Source: Candidatus Brocadiia bacterium
GTDB taxonomy: Bacteria; Planctomycetota; Brocadiia; SM23-32
Assembly (NCBI GenBank): GCA_046538485.1
Contig: JBKHIT010000003.1
Span: 83,199-147,198 of the forward strand
Direction of reading: 5' to 3'
DNA: 64,000 bases
Part shown: positions 1 through 8,182 of the stretch, piece after piece
Position numbering within the stretch: the first letter of the stretch is position 1
Layout: each line of letters starts with the position of its first letter
Translations under genes and position numbers: made by a program
Notes under the pieces: generated by a model
Seen by the model: the letters and a program-made list of their open reading frames with translations, nothing else
The model's database searches: none
What the model was told of the DNA's origin: nothing

Positions 1-1
1 T

Positions 2-121
2 TATCCACCGTCCCACGAAACACCCGCCCTCAGTGCAAACACATGGCATTATTGGATTAGCCGTTGGAACCGACGTGTGGTGGAATTCAAAGACGGTAAA
101 GTTGTCGAAACCAAAAAGTGA
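2..121 (+). CDS. 3' end of a CDS entering from the left (…HYWISRWNRRVVEFKDGKVVETKK*), function unknown
   Basis: Open frame from base 2 to TGA at 119-121. The tail resembles small SmpA/OmlA-like lipoprotein ends, but the fragment is too short to be sure. Confidence 0.4.
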   Translation, partial: YPPSHETPALSANTWHYWISRWNRRVVEFKDGKVVETKK

Positions 122-157
122 TGGGCCTGTGATCTTCCAACTCGCAGCATTTGCCAA

Positions 158-199
158 AGCAGGCGGATGAACTGAATTAACAGTTGGTTCGCCTGCTTC
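158..199 (+). terminator. Stem-loop after the upstream partial CDS (possible terminator)
   Basis: aagcaggcg(158-166)…cgcctgctt inverted repeat with an inner aactg/cagtt pair; weak U-tract. Confidence 0.4.
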
Positions 200-266
200 T
201 AACGCTTTCCCCTGTAAATCTGGGGGGAAAGTGTGCTTACTGGCCCATCGGCTGCAGAGGGAAAGC

Positions 267-1283
267 ATGATTCAAATTGATGGCTCGCACCTTGAAGGGG
301 GAGGGCAAATCCTTCGGACGGCTGTGGGTCTTGCGGCGCTCACCACAACTACGTGCCGAATCCATAGTATCCGCAAAGGACGAAATCGTCCCGGACTTCG
401 CGCGCAGCATCTTCATGGGGTCAAGGCGATTGCCAAAATCTGCCACGCGACAGTTGAGGGTGCTGAGGTTGGTGCGCGGGAGATTGTTTTCCGGCCAAGC
501 CGACTCGATCCGCCCAAAGAAATCGAGGTCGATGTCGAAACGGCGGGAGCCGTGACACTTGTGATGCAGGGGTTGCTCATCCCTCTCGCCCGTACCGAAG
601 GACAGTCGGTTGTTGAACTTCGGGGCGGTACACACGTCAAATGGTCACCAGTTGCCGAATACTTGCAGCATGTTTTTGCTCCGTTCATGCGCAAGATGGG
701 ACTCAATATAGACGTGGAATTGCAGCAATATGGGTTTTACCCGAAGGGCAGCGGTTCGCTGCGCGTAAATATAGGTCCCGGCTTGTTGAGCCCCGTCGAT
801 TGGACGGATTGCGAGCGAATAGACCGCGTTGATGTCTGGAGCGTTGCCACGGACAATTTGGAAGGCGCGCGCGTGGCAGAACGACAGGTTGAAGGAACCG
901 GCATCAGTTTTGACGATATCCATGTCAACTATGTTTCTGCGCTCTCAGCGGGCACTTCCATTTTTATCCGCGGACGAGGAGAGGGCATTATAGCTGGGGC
1001 TTCGGAACTCGGGCAGCGAGGCGTGCCCGCTGAAAAAGTCGGTCGCTCCTGTGCGAAAAAATTCGAGACCCAACGCCGCTCCGGAGAGTGCGTGGATAAG
1101 TATATGGCGGATCAGATCTTGCCCTACCTGGCGCTGGCCGCAGGTGAGAGCCGAATTCGAGTCGCCGAGATCACCAATCATTGCCGAACGAACATATGGG
1201 TGACGGAAAAGTTCCTGCCGGTCCGGTTCTTTGTGGACGAACAAAAGCGCATTATCAGCTGTCAGAATAATCGGAGGATATGA
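267..1283 (+). CDS. rtcA: RNA 3'-terminal phosphate cyclase
   Basis: MIQIDGSHLEGGGQILRTA, RPGLRAQH, GGTHVKWSP, YGFYPKGSG, DKYMADQ and ITNHCRTN (catalytic His) are RtcA hallmarks. Start moved to ATG 267. Confidence 0.93.
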   Translation: MIQIDGSHLEGGGQILRTAVGLAALTTTTCRIHSIRKGRNRPGLRAQHLHGVKAIAKICHATVEGAEVGAREIVFRPSRLDPPKEIEVDVETAGAVTLVMQGLLIPLARTEGQSVVELRGGTHVKWSPVAEYLQHVFAPFMRKMGLNIDVELQQYGFYPKGSGSLRVNIGPGLLSPVDWTDCERIDRVDVWSVATDNLEGARVAERQVEGTGISFDDIHVNYVSALSAGTSIFIRGRGEGIIAGASELGQRGVPAEKVGRSCAKKFETQRRSGECVDKYMADQILPYLALAAGESRIRVAEITNHCRTNIWVTEKFLPVRFFVDEQKRIISCQNNRRI

Positions 1284-1495
1284 GCGGCGGTACGAAGATT
1301 CTTCTCCCCGGTTGCGCGGTTTCCGAGACGCCGACTGTTGCCACTTTTACAACTTTGTGTCTTTCGTTAAAATGCGCTTTGAATCATGGAGCGCAAGGTG
1401 TGAGATTTCGTTAGCTCGGCTGCAAATAGAGCGGGCTGGTACGAGGAAATTTTTAAAACTTCTTTGCTCTTTTTTCCTGGAAAGGAAGGACACCC

Positions 1496-2821
1496 ATGAG
1501 TGAATTCTTCCCTGAAGTGAAAGATTCTGTGCCGTATGAGGGACCTGAGACGGACAATCCTCTTGCATTCCGCTGGTATGAGGCGGACCGCAAAGTGGGC
1601 GACAAAACCATGGCCGAACACCTGAAGTTTGCTATCGCCTACTGGCATACGATGAAGGGCGACGGTTCGGATCCATTCGGCGGAGCGGTCTATGACCGTG
1701 CCTGGAATAAAGGCGCTGATGAGATGGAAATCGCCGAAAAAACCCAGGACGCCATCTTTGAATTCTGTCAGAAGATAGGCGTTGATTACTACTGTTTCCA
1801 TGATCGCGATATCGCACCGGCCGGCGATACAATTGAAGAAACCAATGCGAATCTTCAACATATGGTCGACCGGGCTCAAAAACTGCAGGAAGAGACGGGC
1901 GTCCAGCTTCTGTGGGGCACCGCCTGCCTCTTCGATCACCCCCGCTACAGCCACGGCGCCGCTACGAACCCCGATCCCAATGTTTTTGCCTATGCGGCCA
2001 GCCAGGTGCGACGGGCGATCGATGCGACCGTCCAGCTCGGCGGTGACGGATACGTTTTCTGGGGCGGACGCGAAGGTTACACGACGCTTCTGAACACCGA
2101 TATGAAACGCGAGCGTGAGCAGATGGCTCGCATGCTTCACATGGCCGTGGATTACGGTCGAAGCAACGGGTTCGACGGCGTGTTCCTGATTGAACCCAAA
2201 CCCAAGGAACCGACCACCCATCAATATGACTTTGACGTTGCGACGTGCCTGGAATTCCTCCATGAATTCGATCTTCTGGACGAGTTCAAGATGAACGTGG
2301 AGGCGAATCACGCTACGCTCGCGGGTCATACTTACTGGCACGATCTCGCCACGGCGTCAAATTCCGGTCACCTGGGAAGCATGGACGTGAACCGCGGTAA
2401 CCCGATTCTGGGCTGGGATACCGACCAGTTTCCGACCAACCTCTACAGCGCAACCCATGCCATGCTGGTTGTTCTGGAACAGGGTGGTCTGGACGGTGGT
2501 ATGAACTTTGACGCGAAAGTCCGCCGGGGTTCATTCGATACCGAAGATCTGTTCCACGCCCACATCGGAGGCATGGATGCTTTTGCCAGAGCACTGCTTG
2601 TAGCCAACAAGATCCGGGAAGACGGCGTGCTGGATGATTTCATCCAGGACCGGTACTCCGGATATGAGAGCGCCATCGGGAAACAAATCCTCAACGGCGA
2701 GACCAGTCTGCCGGAACTCGAAGAATACGCCATCCAGAACGGCGAACCCGAACTCATCAGTGGTCGTCAGGAGATGCTCGAGAATATCCTGAACGATTAT
2801 CTGCTGCGAGGAGATCTCTGA
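1496..2821 (+). CDS. xylA: Xylose isomerase (class II)
   Basis: FAIAYWHT, YYCFHDRD, VFWGGREGY, IEPKPKEPTTHQYDFD, NVEANHATLAGH and GWDTDQFP motifs; RBS ggaagga. Confidence 0.97.
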   Translation: MSEFFPEVKDSVPYEGPETDNPLAFRWYEADRKVGDKTMAEHLKFAIAYWHTMKGDGSDPFGGAVYDRAWNKGADEMEIAEKTQDAIFEFCQKIGVDYYCFHDRDIAPAGDTIEETNANLQHMVDRAQKLQEETGVQLLWGTACLFDHPRYSHGAATNPDPNVFAYAASQVRRAIDATVQLGGDGYVFWGGREGYTTLLNTDMKREREQMARMLHMAVDYGRSNGFDGVFLIEPKPKEPTTHQYDFDVATCLEFLHEFDLLDEFKMNVEANHATLAGHTYWHDLATASNSGHLGSMDVNRGNPILGWDTDQFPTNLYSATHAMLVVLEQGGLDGGMNFDAKVRRGSFDTEDLFHAHIGGMDAFARALLVANKIREDGVLDDFIQDRYSGYESAIGKQILNGETSLPELEEYAIQNGEPELISGRQEMLENILNDYLLRGDL

Positions 2822-2897
2822 TTCATCTCCGAAGGGAGTGCCAGCGAGCTCAATATGGAAGCGCCGGATTGGGTTCCGGGCGTTCAAAAATCCATAG

Positions 2898-2935
2898 ACC
2901 GCCCCGATAGTTTCAAAACGTCGGGGCGGTTTTTC
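2898..2935 (+). terminator. Intrinsic terminator downstream of xylA
   Basis: accgccccga…tcggggcggt stem followed by ttttt. Confidence 0.7.
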
Positions 2936-3127
2936 TTCTCTGCTGCCATTCCGGATAATGATGACGGAAAACTGGAGACTCCCTTTGCACGCCGCTTGTT
3001 TACTGGATACCGTTGAAAGCGCTTCTACAGCAAAAAATCCGGGCTGGGAGGCGTTGTAACGTTCAGTATGACAGGTATGCTGCTCGCAAGGGTTGGTGTG
3101 AAGCAAAAGAAACAGACAACCGAACGA

Positions 3128-3440
3128 GCCCCTGAAAGGGGCGATTGAGAGCGTAGCCCCCGGCGACTCTGCGTAGCGGGGGAACCGGGGGTTGGCGGGT
3201 GCCAGCGAACCCGCGCCCCGCGAGGCGGCTGAGCGCGGAAAATGTCAAGTTGCCATTTTGTTGCGCCATCTCCCGTTCGTTATCCGTTCACCAGAAACCA
3301 GCAACCAACAACCAGCAACCAGTTCCCTCTCAAGCGCCCCTTTGGGACGCAATCCATTTTTTCGCACCCTAAGGCCCCGAACTCCGGCGGCTGAGGCCGC
3401 CTTCGCACGGGGCTACACTCTCAGACGGCCTTTCGGGCCG
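3128..3440. repeat. REP-doublet/REPIN-like element with imperfect terminal inverted repeats
   Basis: gcccctgaaaggggcgattgagagcgtagcccc (3128-3160) is the approximate reverse complement of ggggctacactctcagacggcctttcgggcc (3409-3439); each end carries its own short hairpin. Confidence 0.6.
3290..3322. repeat. Short heptamer tandem repeat (accagca)n, about 5 units
   Basis: accagaa accagca accaaca accagca accag. Confidence 0.75.
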
Positions 3441-3766
3441 CTTGCATTGCCGTTCATTTTGGACTGTGGCGGGCGCGGGTTGCGCCGGACTACCAGGGAC
3501 GAGCTATGCGGATGCAGATAAGTTGCACAAAAACTTGCGCACTTTCCCGCGGGAAATTTCTACGGAGGGCGCCGCTATGTCGTTATCTTTTTGCCGTTTG
3601 TCTTGCGTCGTTTTGTGGTGGACCTCCAGCCCACTTTTTTCTCAATGCACACTGTATCCCAGGGCTCCGACGACCTCCAGCCGTCTGCACCCCGGGCTGG
3701 TATATGCTGTCCTTTCAGGGCGTATGCATTCAGCGTGCCCTACATCACAGCCGTCCATGCTCACAA

Positions 3767-3906
3767 TGTCATTGCGAGGCGCTCTTCGCAGTGGGACGCC
3801 GCGCCAATCTCGCTGCTGGGCTGAAAAAACGACGAGCCTCCTCCGCGCGAGGCTACGGAGCCCAGCAGGATTGCTTCGCCCATCTTACGATGGACTCTCA
3901 ATGACA
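3767..3906. repeat. Long imperfect palindrome (tgtcattgcgag…caatct…gattgcttc…caatgaca type dispersed repeat)
   Basis: Ends tgtcattgcgag / ctctcaatgaca and inner arms ctgctgggct / agcccagcag are reverse complements. Confidence 0.65.
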
Positions 3907-4656
3907 CCTGAAGCTGCATCTCCGAGCTAAACAAGCACACCGCTGCAGCGGTCCGTTGCGTCGGGAAACGCTCGAGAGCTGTAGATCCGCATCGCCGGGG
4001 CGGACCTGCCGTTTGTCGTTCGGCTGTTTTGCCGCGAGAGCTGTTGGTTTATAGTCCGCGTTCTGAACTCCGGCCTGCGGCTGAAGTCCAGCCCGCTCAT
4101 GTGTCACGCAAGCGGAGACGAAATCCGGGTCCAACGACACCATATTATGCCCACAACCAGTTCGTCTTGAGGTTCTCCTGGGATCCGCGCGCCCCTTAAA
4201 CCGTCCCCGAAAGACTACAAAACTCTTTTCAGCGCCTGACCCGTGCAGGAGTCTTCGCAGTCGCGGATCTATTCCGGAGTTCCGGCAGCAACCACGGTTC
4301 CTCCGCCGCGTGGCGTACGTCCGTGTCGGGCACGGGTTCCGGGTCGCTGACAGGATCCGGCGCCCCCTGGCCCCTTCAAATCCTCTTTTTTTACCCATAT
4401 ATAGATAATATTAATCATTGTATATAAATATTTAGGCAGTACTGGCTATTCGCGGAGTGTCAAGTTTCGCATCCTTGAAAAGTGCGGGTTCGGGGAGGGA
4501 GGTGAGTTTCGAATCATCTTTGAACAAAGAAATAAAGCGATTTAATTGCGGCACATGGTCCGGTAAAATGCGTAAGAGGACAGATTTTCCCGGCCTGTCG
4601 ACAGGGCGTGTTGTTGTCGTGCAGCCCATCCTGTCCCTTTTCCAGGAGAGAGACAG

Positions 4657-5439
4657 ATGAGAGATGCGAAGCGCCAGGGTACGGTTGTTTCGAAACGTTA
4701 CGAACTCTGTCATGTGGCGTCTCGCGCGTTCAAACGGGATGGGTTTACTTTGATCGAGCTGCTTGTGGTTATTGCGATCATTGCGATTCTGGCTGCGATG
4801 CTGATGCCGGCTCTGGAGCGCGCCCGCGATGCTGCCCGGACCACCGTCTGCCTGAACAATGAGAAGCAGATATTTCTGGCATTTACCTTTTATGTGGACG
4901 GGCACAATGGTTTTTTGCCGCGGGCGGATACCACACTCTGGGGGGCGCCGCCGAGCGGGAACTGGAAGTGGGGGGGAATCATGGCCGACGAACTTGATCC
5001 AGCGGTTCGGCGCAACAAACATGGCAATTACATGGTTGTGACCCGTCCTCATTTCCGAGGTAACGGTTACCTGTCATGTCCCGCTGTCCCCGATCCAGAT
5101 CCGGCCTGGAATACGTTCGAGTATTGCGATTACGGGATGAACTACTGGGGCATCGGCGGTTGCGATACTTTTGTCCCGGCGCCGCACACGGCGTATGTCA
5201 AATTCTCCGATGTACGCTATCCCACCCGTCAAATCGGATTCGGGGACGGCTGGTGCAATATGTACGATCATCCGGGGTGGTATGCCTATCACCCCCAGTA
5301 TCAGTCGGTGGCTTTTCCTCACCGGGATATGACAAATGCATTGTTTTGCGATGGACATGCAGAATCGAGAGACCGGTCCATAATTCAGCCTCCCTACACC
5401 AGCGACAAATTCGGCGGCGCGCCGTGGGGGAATCCTTGA
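4657..5439 (+). CDS. Prepilin-type N-terminal cleavage/methylation and H-X9-DG domain protein (DUF1559-like)
   Basis: [28 protein letters not shown]-terminus and C-terminal [13 protein letters not shown] motif; RBS aggagag. Confidence 0.92.
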   Translation: MRDAKRQGTVVSKRYELCHVASRAFKRDGFTLIELLVVIAIIAILAAMLMPALERARDAARTTVCLNNEKQIFLAFTFYVDGHNGFLPRADTTLWGAPPSGNWKWGGIMADELDPAVRRNKHGNYMVVTRPHFRGNGYLSCPAVPDPDPAWNTFEYCDYGMNYWGIGGCDTFVPAPHTAYVKFSDVRYPTRQIGFGDGWCNMYDHPGWYAYHPQYQSVAFPHRDMTNALFCDGHAESRDRSIIQPPYTSDKFGGAPWGNP

Positions 5440-5656
5440 GCGTCGGCTGTTGACGAGGGGGCTGGCGTGCTGATTCAGCGGCCACGCCGAGCGGGGGGCG
5501 GAAAAACTGGAAAGGAGACTGCCAGGCGAAAAGGGCCGAATATACGTTGAGTTTTTCAGGGCAAGTTTTTCTGTCAGAATGGCACCTTAAATCAGGTTAT
5601 CTTCTGAATGCTTAAAAGTGCCGTTTTTTTTTACTGTGAGGTCAACCTGAGAGGGC

Positions 5657-5686
5657 AAAAAAAGAGCCTGCCAGTATGACAGGCTC
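5657..5686 (-). terminator. Intrinsic terminator of the DksA/TraR gene
   Basis: Minus strand reads gagcctg-tcatactgg-caggctc-ttttttt. Confidence 0.75.
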
Positions 5687-5743
5687 GAATGGGTAAAGAA
5701 GAAAATTCAGGTTGCGGGAAACGGATCAGCGGAAAACGGGACA

Positions 5744-6232
5744 TCAATACAACTCGCTTGTTTCCATCTCACGCGACAACTGGTTCACGTCCGGAGTTTG
5801 ATCCACACTTTTCTCGACACCGACATCAGCTTCGGCGCCTTTGCCCGACGTTGCTGATTGGATGGGAGCTCCCTCGCGGCCCCGTTCGTGGGCTTCCTTG
5901 CAGGTGAGGCAAAGCGTGGCGAACGGACGTGCTTTCAGCCTGCGCTTGGCGATCTTTTCACCGCAACGCTGGCAAACTCCATACTCTCCCTCCTTGAGCA
6001 GGCGAAGAGCCTCCTCGATCTCGTCAATTTTTGTCGAGTCCGACTCTGCGATCCGGGCGGCCAGATCGTCTATTTCACTCTCTGATGCCATATCCATGAA
6101 TTCTGTTGGATCATGAGCGGAAACGGATCTGGCGCGTTCCAGTCTATCCTGCAGGGCATGCAGGAGATCCTGTTCCATCGCAGTGAGCTGGTTTTCTAAC
6201 CTTTTATTGTATTTTTTCTTTTTAGGGGTCAT
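5744..6232 (-). CDS. DksA/TraR family C4-type zinc-finger protein
   Basis: Coiled coil with EFMDMA (DxxDxA-like) tip, YGVCQRCGEKI…RL.ARP.A.LCLTC. Start ATG 6232 follows a ggaggc RBS. Confidence 0.9.
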   Translation of the reverse strand: MTPKKKKYNKRLENQLTAMEQDLLHALQDRLERARSVSAHDPTEFMDMASESEIDDLAARIAESDSTKIDEIEEALRLLKEGEYGVCQRCGEKIAKRRLKARPFATLCLTCKEAHERGREGAPIQSATSGKGAEADVGVEKSVDQTPDVNQLSREMETSELY

Positions 6233-6263
6233 CTTTAGGCCTCCTTTTTTCTCTTTATGTTCC

Positions 6264-6278
6264 GCAAAAAACATGCCG
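6264..6278 (-). promoter_or_regulatory. Sigma54 (-24/-12) promoter candidate for the DksA/TraR gene
   Basis: Minus strand CGGCATGTTTTTTGC matches YGGCAY-N5-TTGC with exact GG-N10-GC spacing, ending about 32 nt upstream of the start codon. Confidence 0.6.
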
Positions 6279-6976
6279 AACTGAGCCAGAATGCCAATTC
6301 ATCCCAATTTTGCAGGTCGAAATGCTATTATTCTGTTTTCGTCGTTAACTCATATTGTTAGTGGCCTGCCAGGCCAAAAAGTTCAAAACAGCCTTTGTTG
6401 TCCGTTCCACCAAAAACGGTAAGAACAGTTTTTGGCGGTTCGAGAAGCGGCCGTTGATGATTTTAGCTTTTTTTCAATTAAACGGAGATGCGTGACGAAT
6501 CCTGCGCAAAAAGCTGACAAAGCAGATACGGTGCTGGCGACGCTCCCGGAGGGTGAATCCTTTCTTTTGAGCCGAAGTACACCCTGTGCTAATGAGAAAT
6601 GTCGAAAAACTGCATCTAAGTCGCTCTCATCCATATCGTTATAACAATTATGCCGTTGGATTCATGAAATATCCGGGTTAGTCGGTCTGTTTCAGGCTTT
6701 AACCCCTTTATTTTTCAGGAAGAATAAACCAAAACAGAGCACAGCAGATTCGGTGGCTCCGAAAAAAGATGCCATTCGGAGTTTTTCAATGCTGCATCTG
6801 TATAGCTGGTTTCGGACGTCTTTGGACTGTACGAAAACGCAACAGTCAGTTAAAAATTCCCCCATTACCCCCTGTATTTGCGGTTTTCCATTGCACGCGC
6901 GCCGGCGGACCCCATAATGTAGGCATTGATGTATTTATTTATCCAAATATGAACCGCTCGCTGGAGAATTTGAATT

Positions 6977-8140
6977 ATGCCCGTGAAAAGCCGACACATG
7001 CCTGTCAACCAGCTGACATCACCACCTGGTCACCATTTTTTCGGCTACTACGATAAGTTTCCGTGGGATGAGACCGGACGGTACGTGCTTTCCTTGAAGA
7101 CTGAATTCATAGATCGTCCTCCGTCCGCTGAAGACCGGGCAATTATCGGACTCATTGACACCGAACGGGACAACGAATGGATTCCAGTTACACATACTCA
7201 CGCCTGGAACTGGCAACAGGGGGCGATGTTACAGTGGTTGCCTGGAGGTAACGGACGTGAAGTTGTTTACAATGCCCGCCGGGACGATGAATTCGTGGGC
7301 GTGATTCACGATACGGCCTCTGGGGAACGAAAAATCCTCCCGCGACCGATCTATGCCCTGAGCCGGGACGGGAAATGGGCGGTATCGGTGAATTTTTCCC
7401 GGATTCATGTCTGTCGCCCGGGCTACGGGTACGCGGGAGTCCCGGATCCATGGGCCGAAGAGGCTGCGCCTGCCGAGGACGGAATTTATCTGATGAATAT
7501 GGAGACGGGGGAGCACAGATTTGTTATTTCAATCGAGCAAATGGCATCGCGCGATCCAAGACCCGGAATGGACAATGCTAAACATTATTTCAATCACCTG
7601 CAATTCAATAGCGATGGATCCCGATTTCTGTTTCTTCACCGCTGGAGAAAAGAGGAGGGTCGGGAGACGCGACTTTATACAGCTTCGCCGGGAGGCAGCG
7701 ACATCTATTGTGTGGCCGACGAGGGAATGGTGAGTCATTTCGACTGGCGAGATGATAAGCATATACTGGCATGGGCTCGTCAGAAGGAACATGGCGATGC
7801 ATTTTACCTTTTCCATGATCAGACCACTGAGAAGGAAGTTATCGGGCGGGAAACGCTTACATGTGACGGACATTGTAGTTATTCGCCGGATCGCGCGTGG
7901 ATTTTGACCGACAGTTATCCGGACAAAGAACGAATGCGGGCCTTGATGCTATACGATCCTGATCGTGATCTCCGGGTCGATATAGGAAGGTTCTATGCCC
8001 CTCCGGAGCTCGATGGTGAAATACGTTGTGACCTGCACCCGCGATGGAACCGTGATGGAACGAAAATATGCTTCGATAGTGTTCACGAGGATCACCGACA
8101 ACTCTACGTAACCGATGTGAGTCAAGTTATCAGAGAATAG
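6977..8140 (+). CDS. Beta-propeller protein, oligogalacturonate-lyase/TolB-like family
   Basis: HHFFGYYD..PW, AWNWQQGAMLQW, NHLQFN, SHFDW, DGHCSYSPD and RCDLHPRW are motifs of this family. Confidence 0.7.
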   Translation: MPVKSRHMPVNQLTSPPGHHFFGYYDKFPWDETGRYVLSLKTEFIDRPPSAEDRAIIGLIDTERDNEWIPVTHTHAWNWQQGAMLQWLPGGNGREVVYNARRDDEFVGVIHDTASGERKILPRPIYALSRDGKWAVSVNFSRIHVCRPGYGYAGVPDPWAEEAAPAEDGIYLMNMETGEHRFVISIEQMASRDPRPGMDNAKHYFNHLQFNSDGSRFLFLHRWRKEEGRETRLYTASPGGSDIYCVADEGMVSHFDWRDDKHILAWARQKEHGDAFYLFHDQTTEKEVIGRETLTCDGHCSYSPDRAWILTDSYPDKERMRALMLYDPDRDLRVDIGRFYAPPELDGEIRCDLHPRWNRDGTKICFDSVHEDHRQLYVTDVSQVIRE

Positions 8141-8182
8141 TTCAGTTTTCTGCGAGTCAAAAGGATGGAACAAAGGAGGGCC

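Noticed and set aside
1367-2341. 324-aa minus-strand ORF
   Set aside because: Antisense shadow of the clearly genuine xylA; no motifs.
4000-4375. Possible tmRNA (minus strand begins ggggcc…)
   Set aside because: No GGAUUCGAC-like D-loop, tag reading frame or T-arm/CCA end at the expected distance. Kept only as an unknown structure.
3898-4398. 166-aa ORF and other ORFs in the 2822-4450 interval (e.g. 3442-3930, 3192-3521)
   Set aside because: Arg/Pro/Gly-rich translations typical of reading through GC palindromic repeats; no RBS or domain.
6383-6680. Possible IS transposase remnant (83-aa ORF plus taacccggatatt end)
   Set aside because: No DDE motif or matching second terminus could be established; resemblance too vague.
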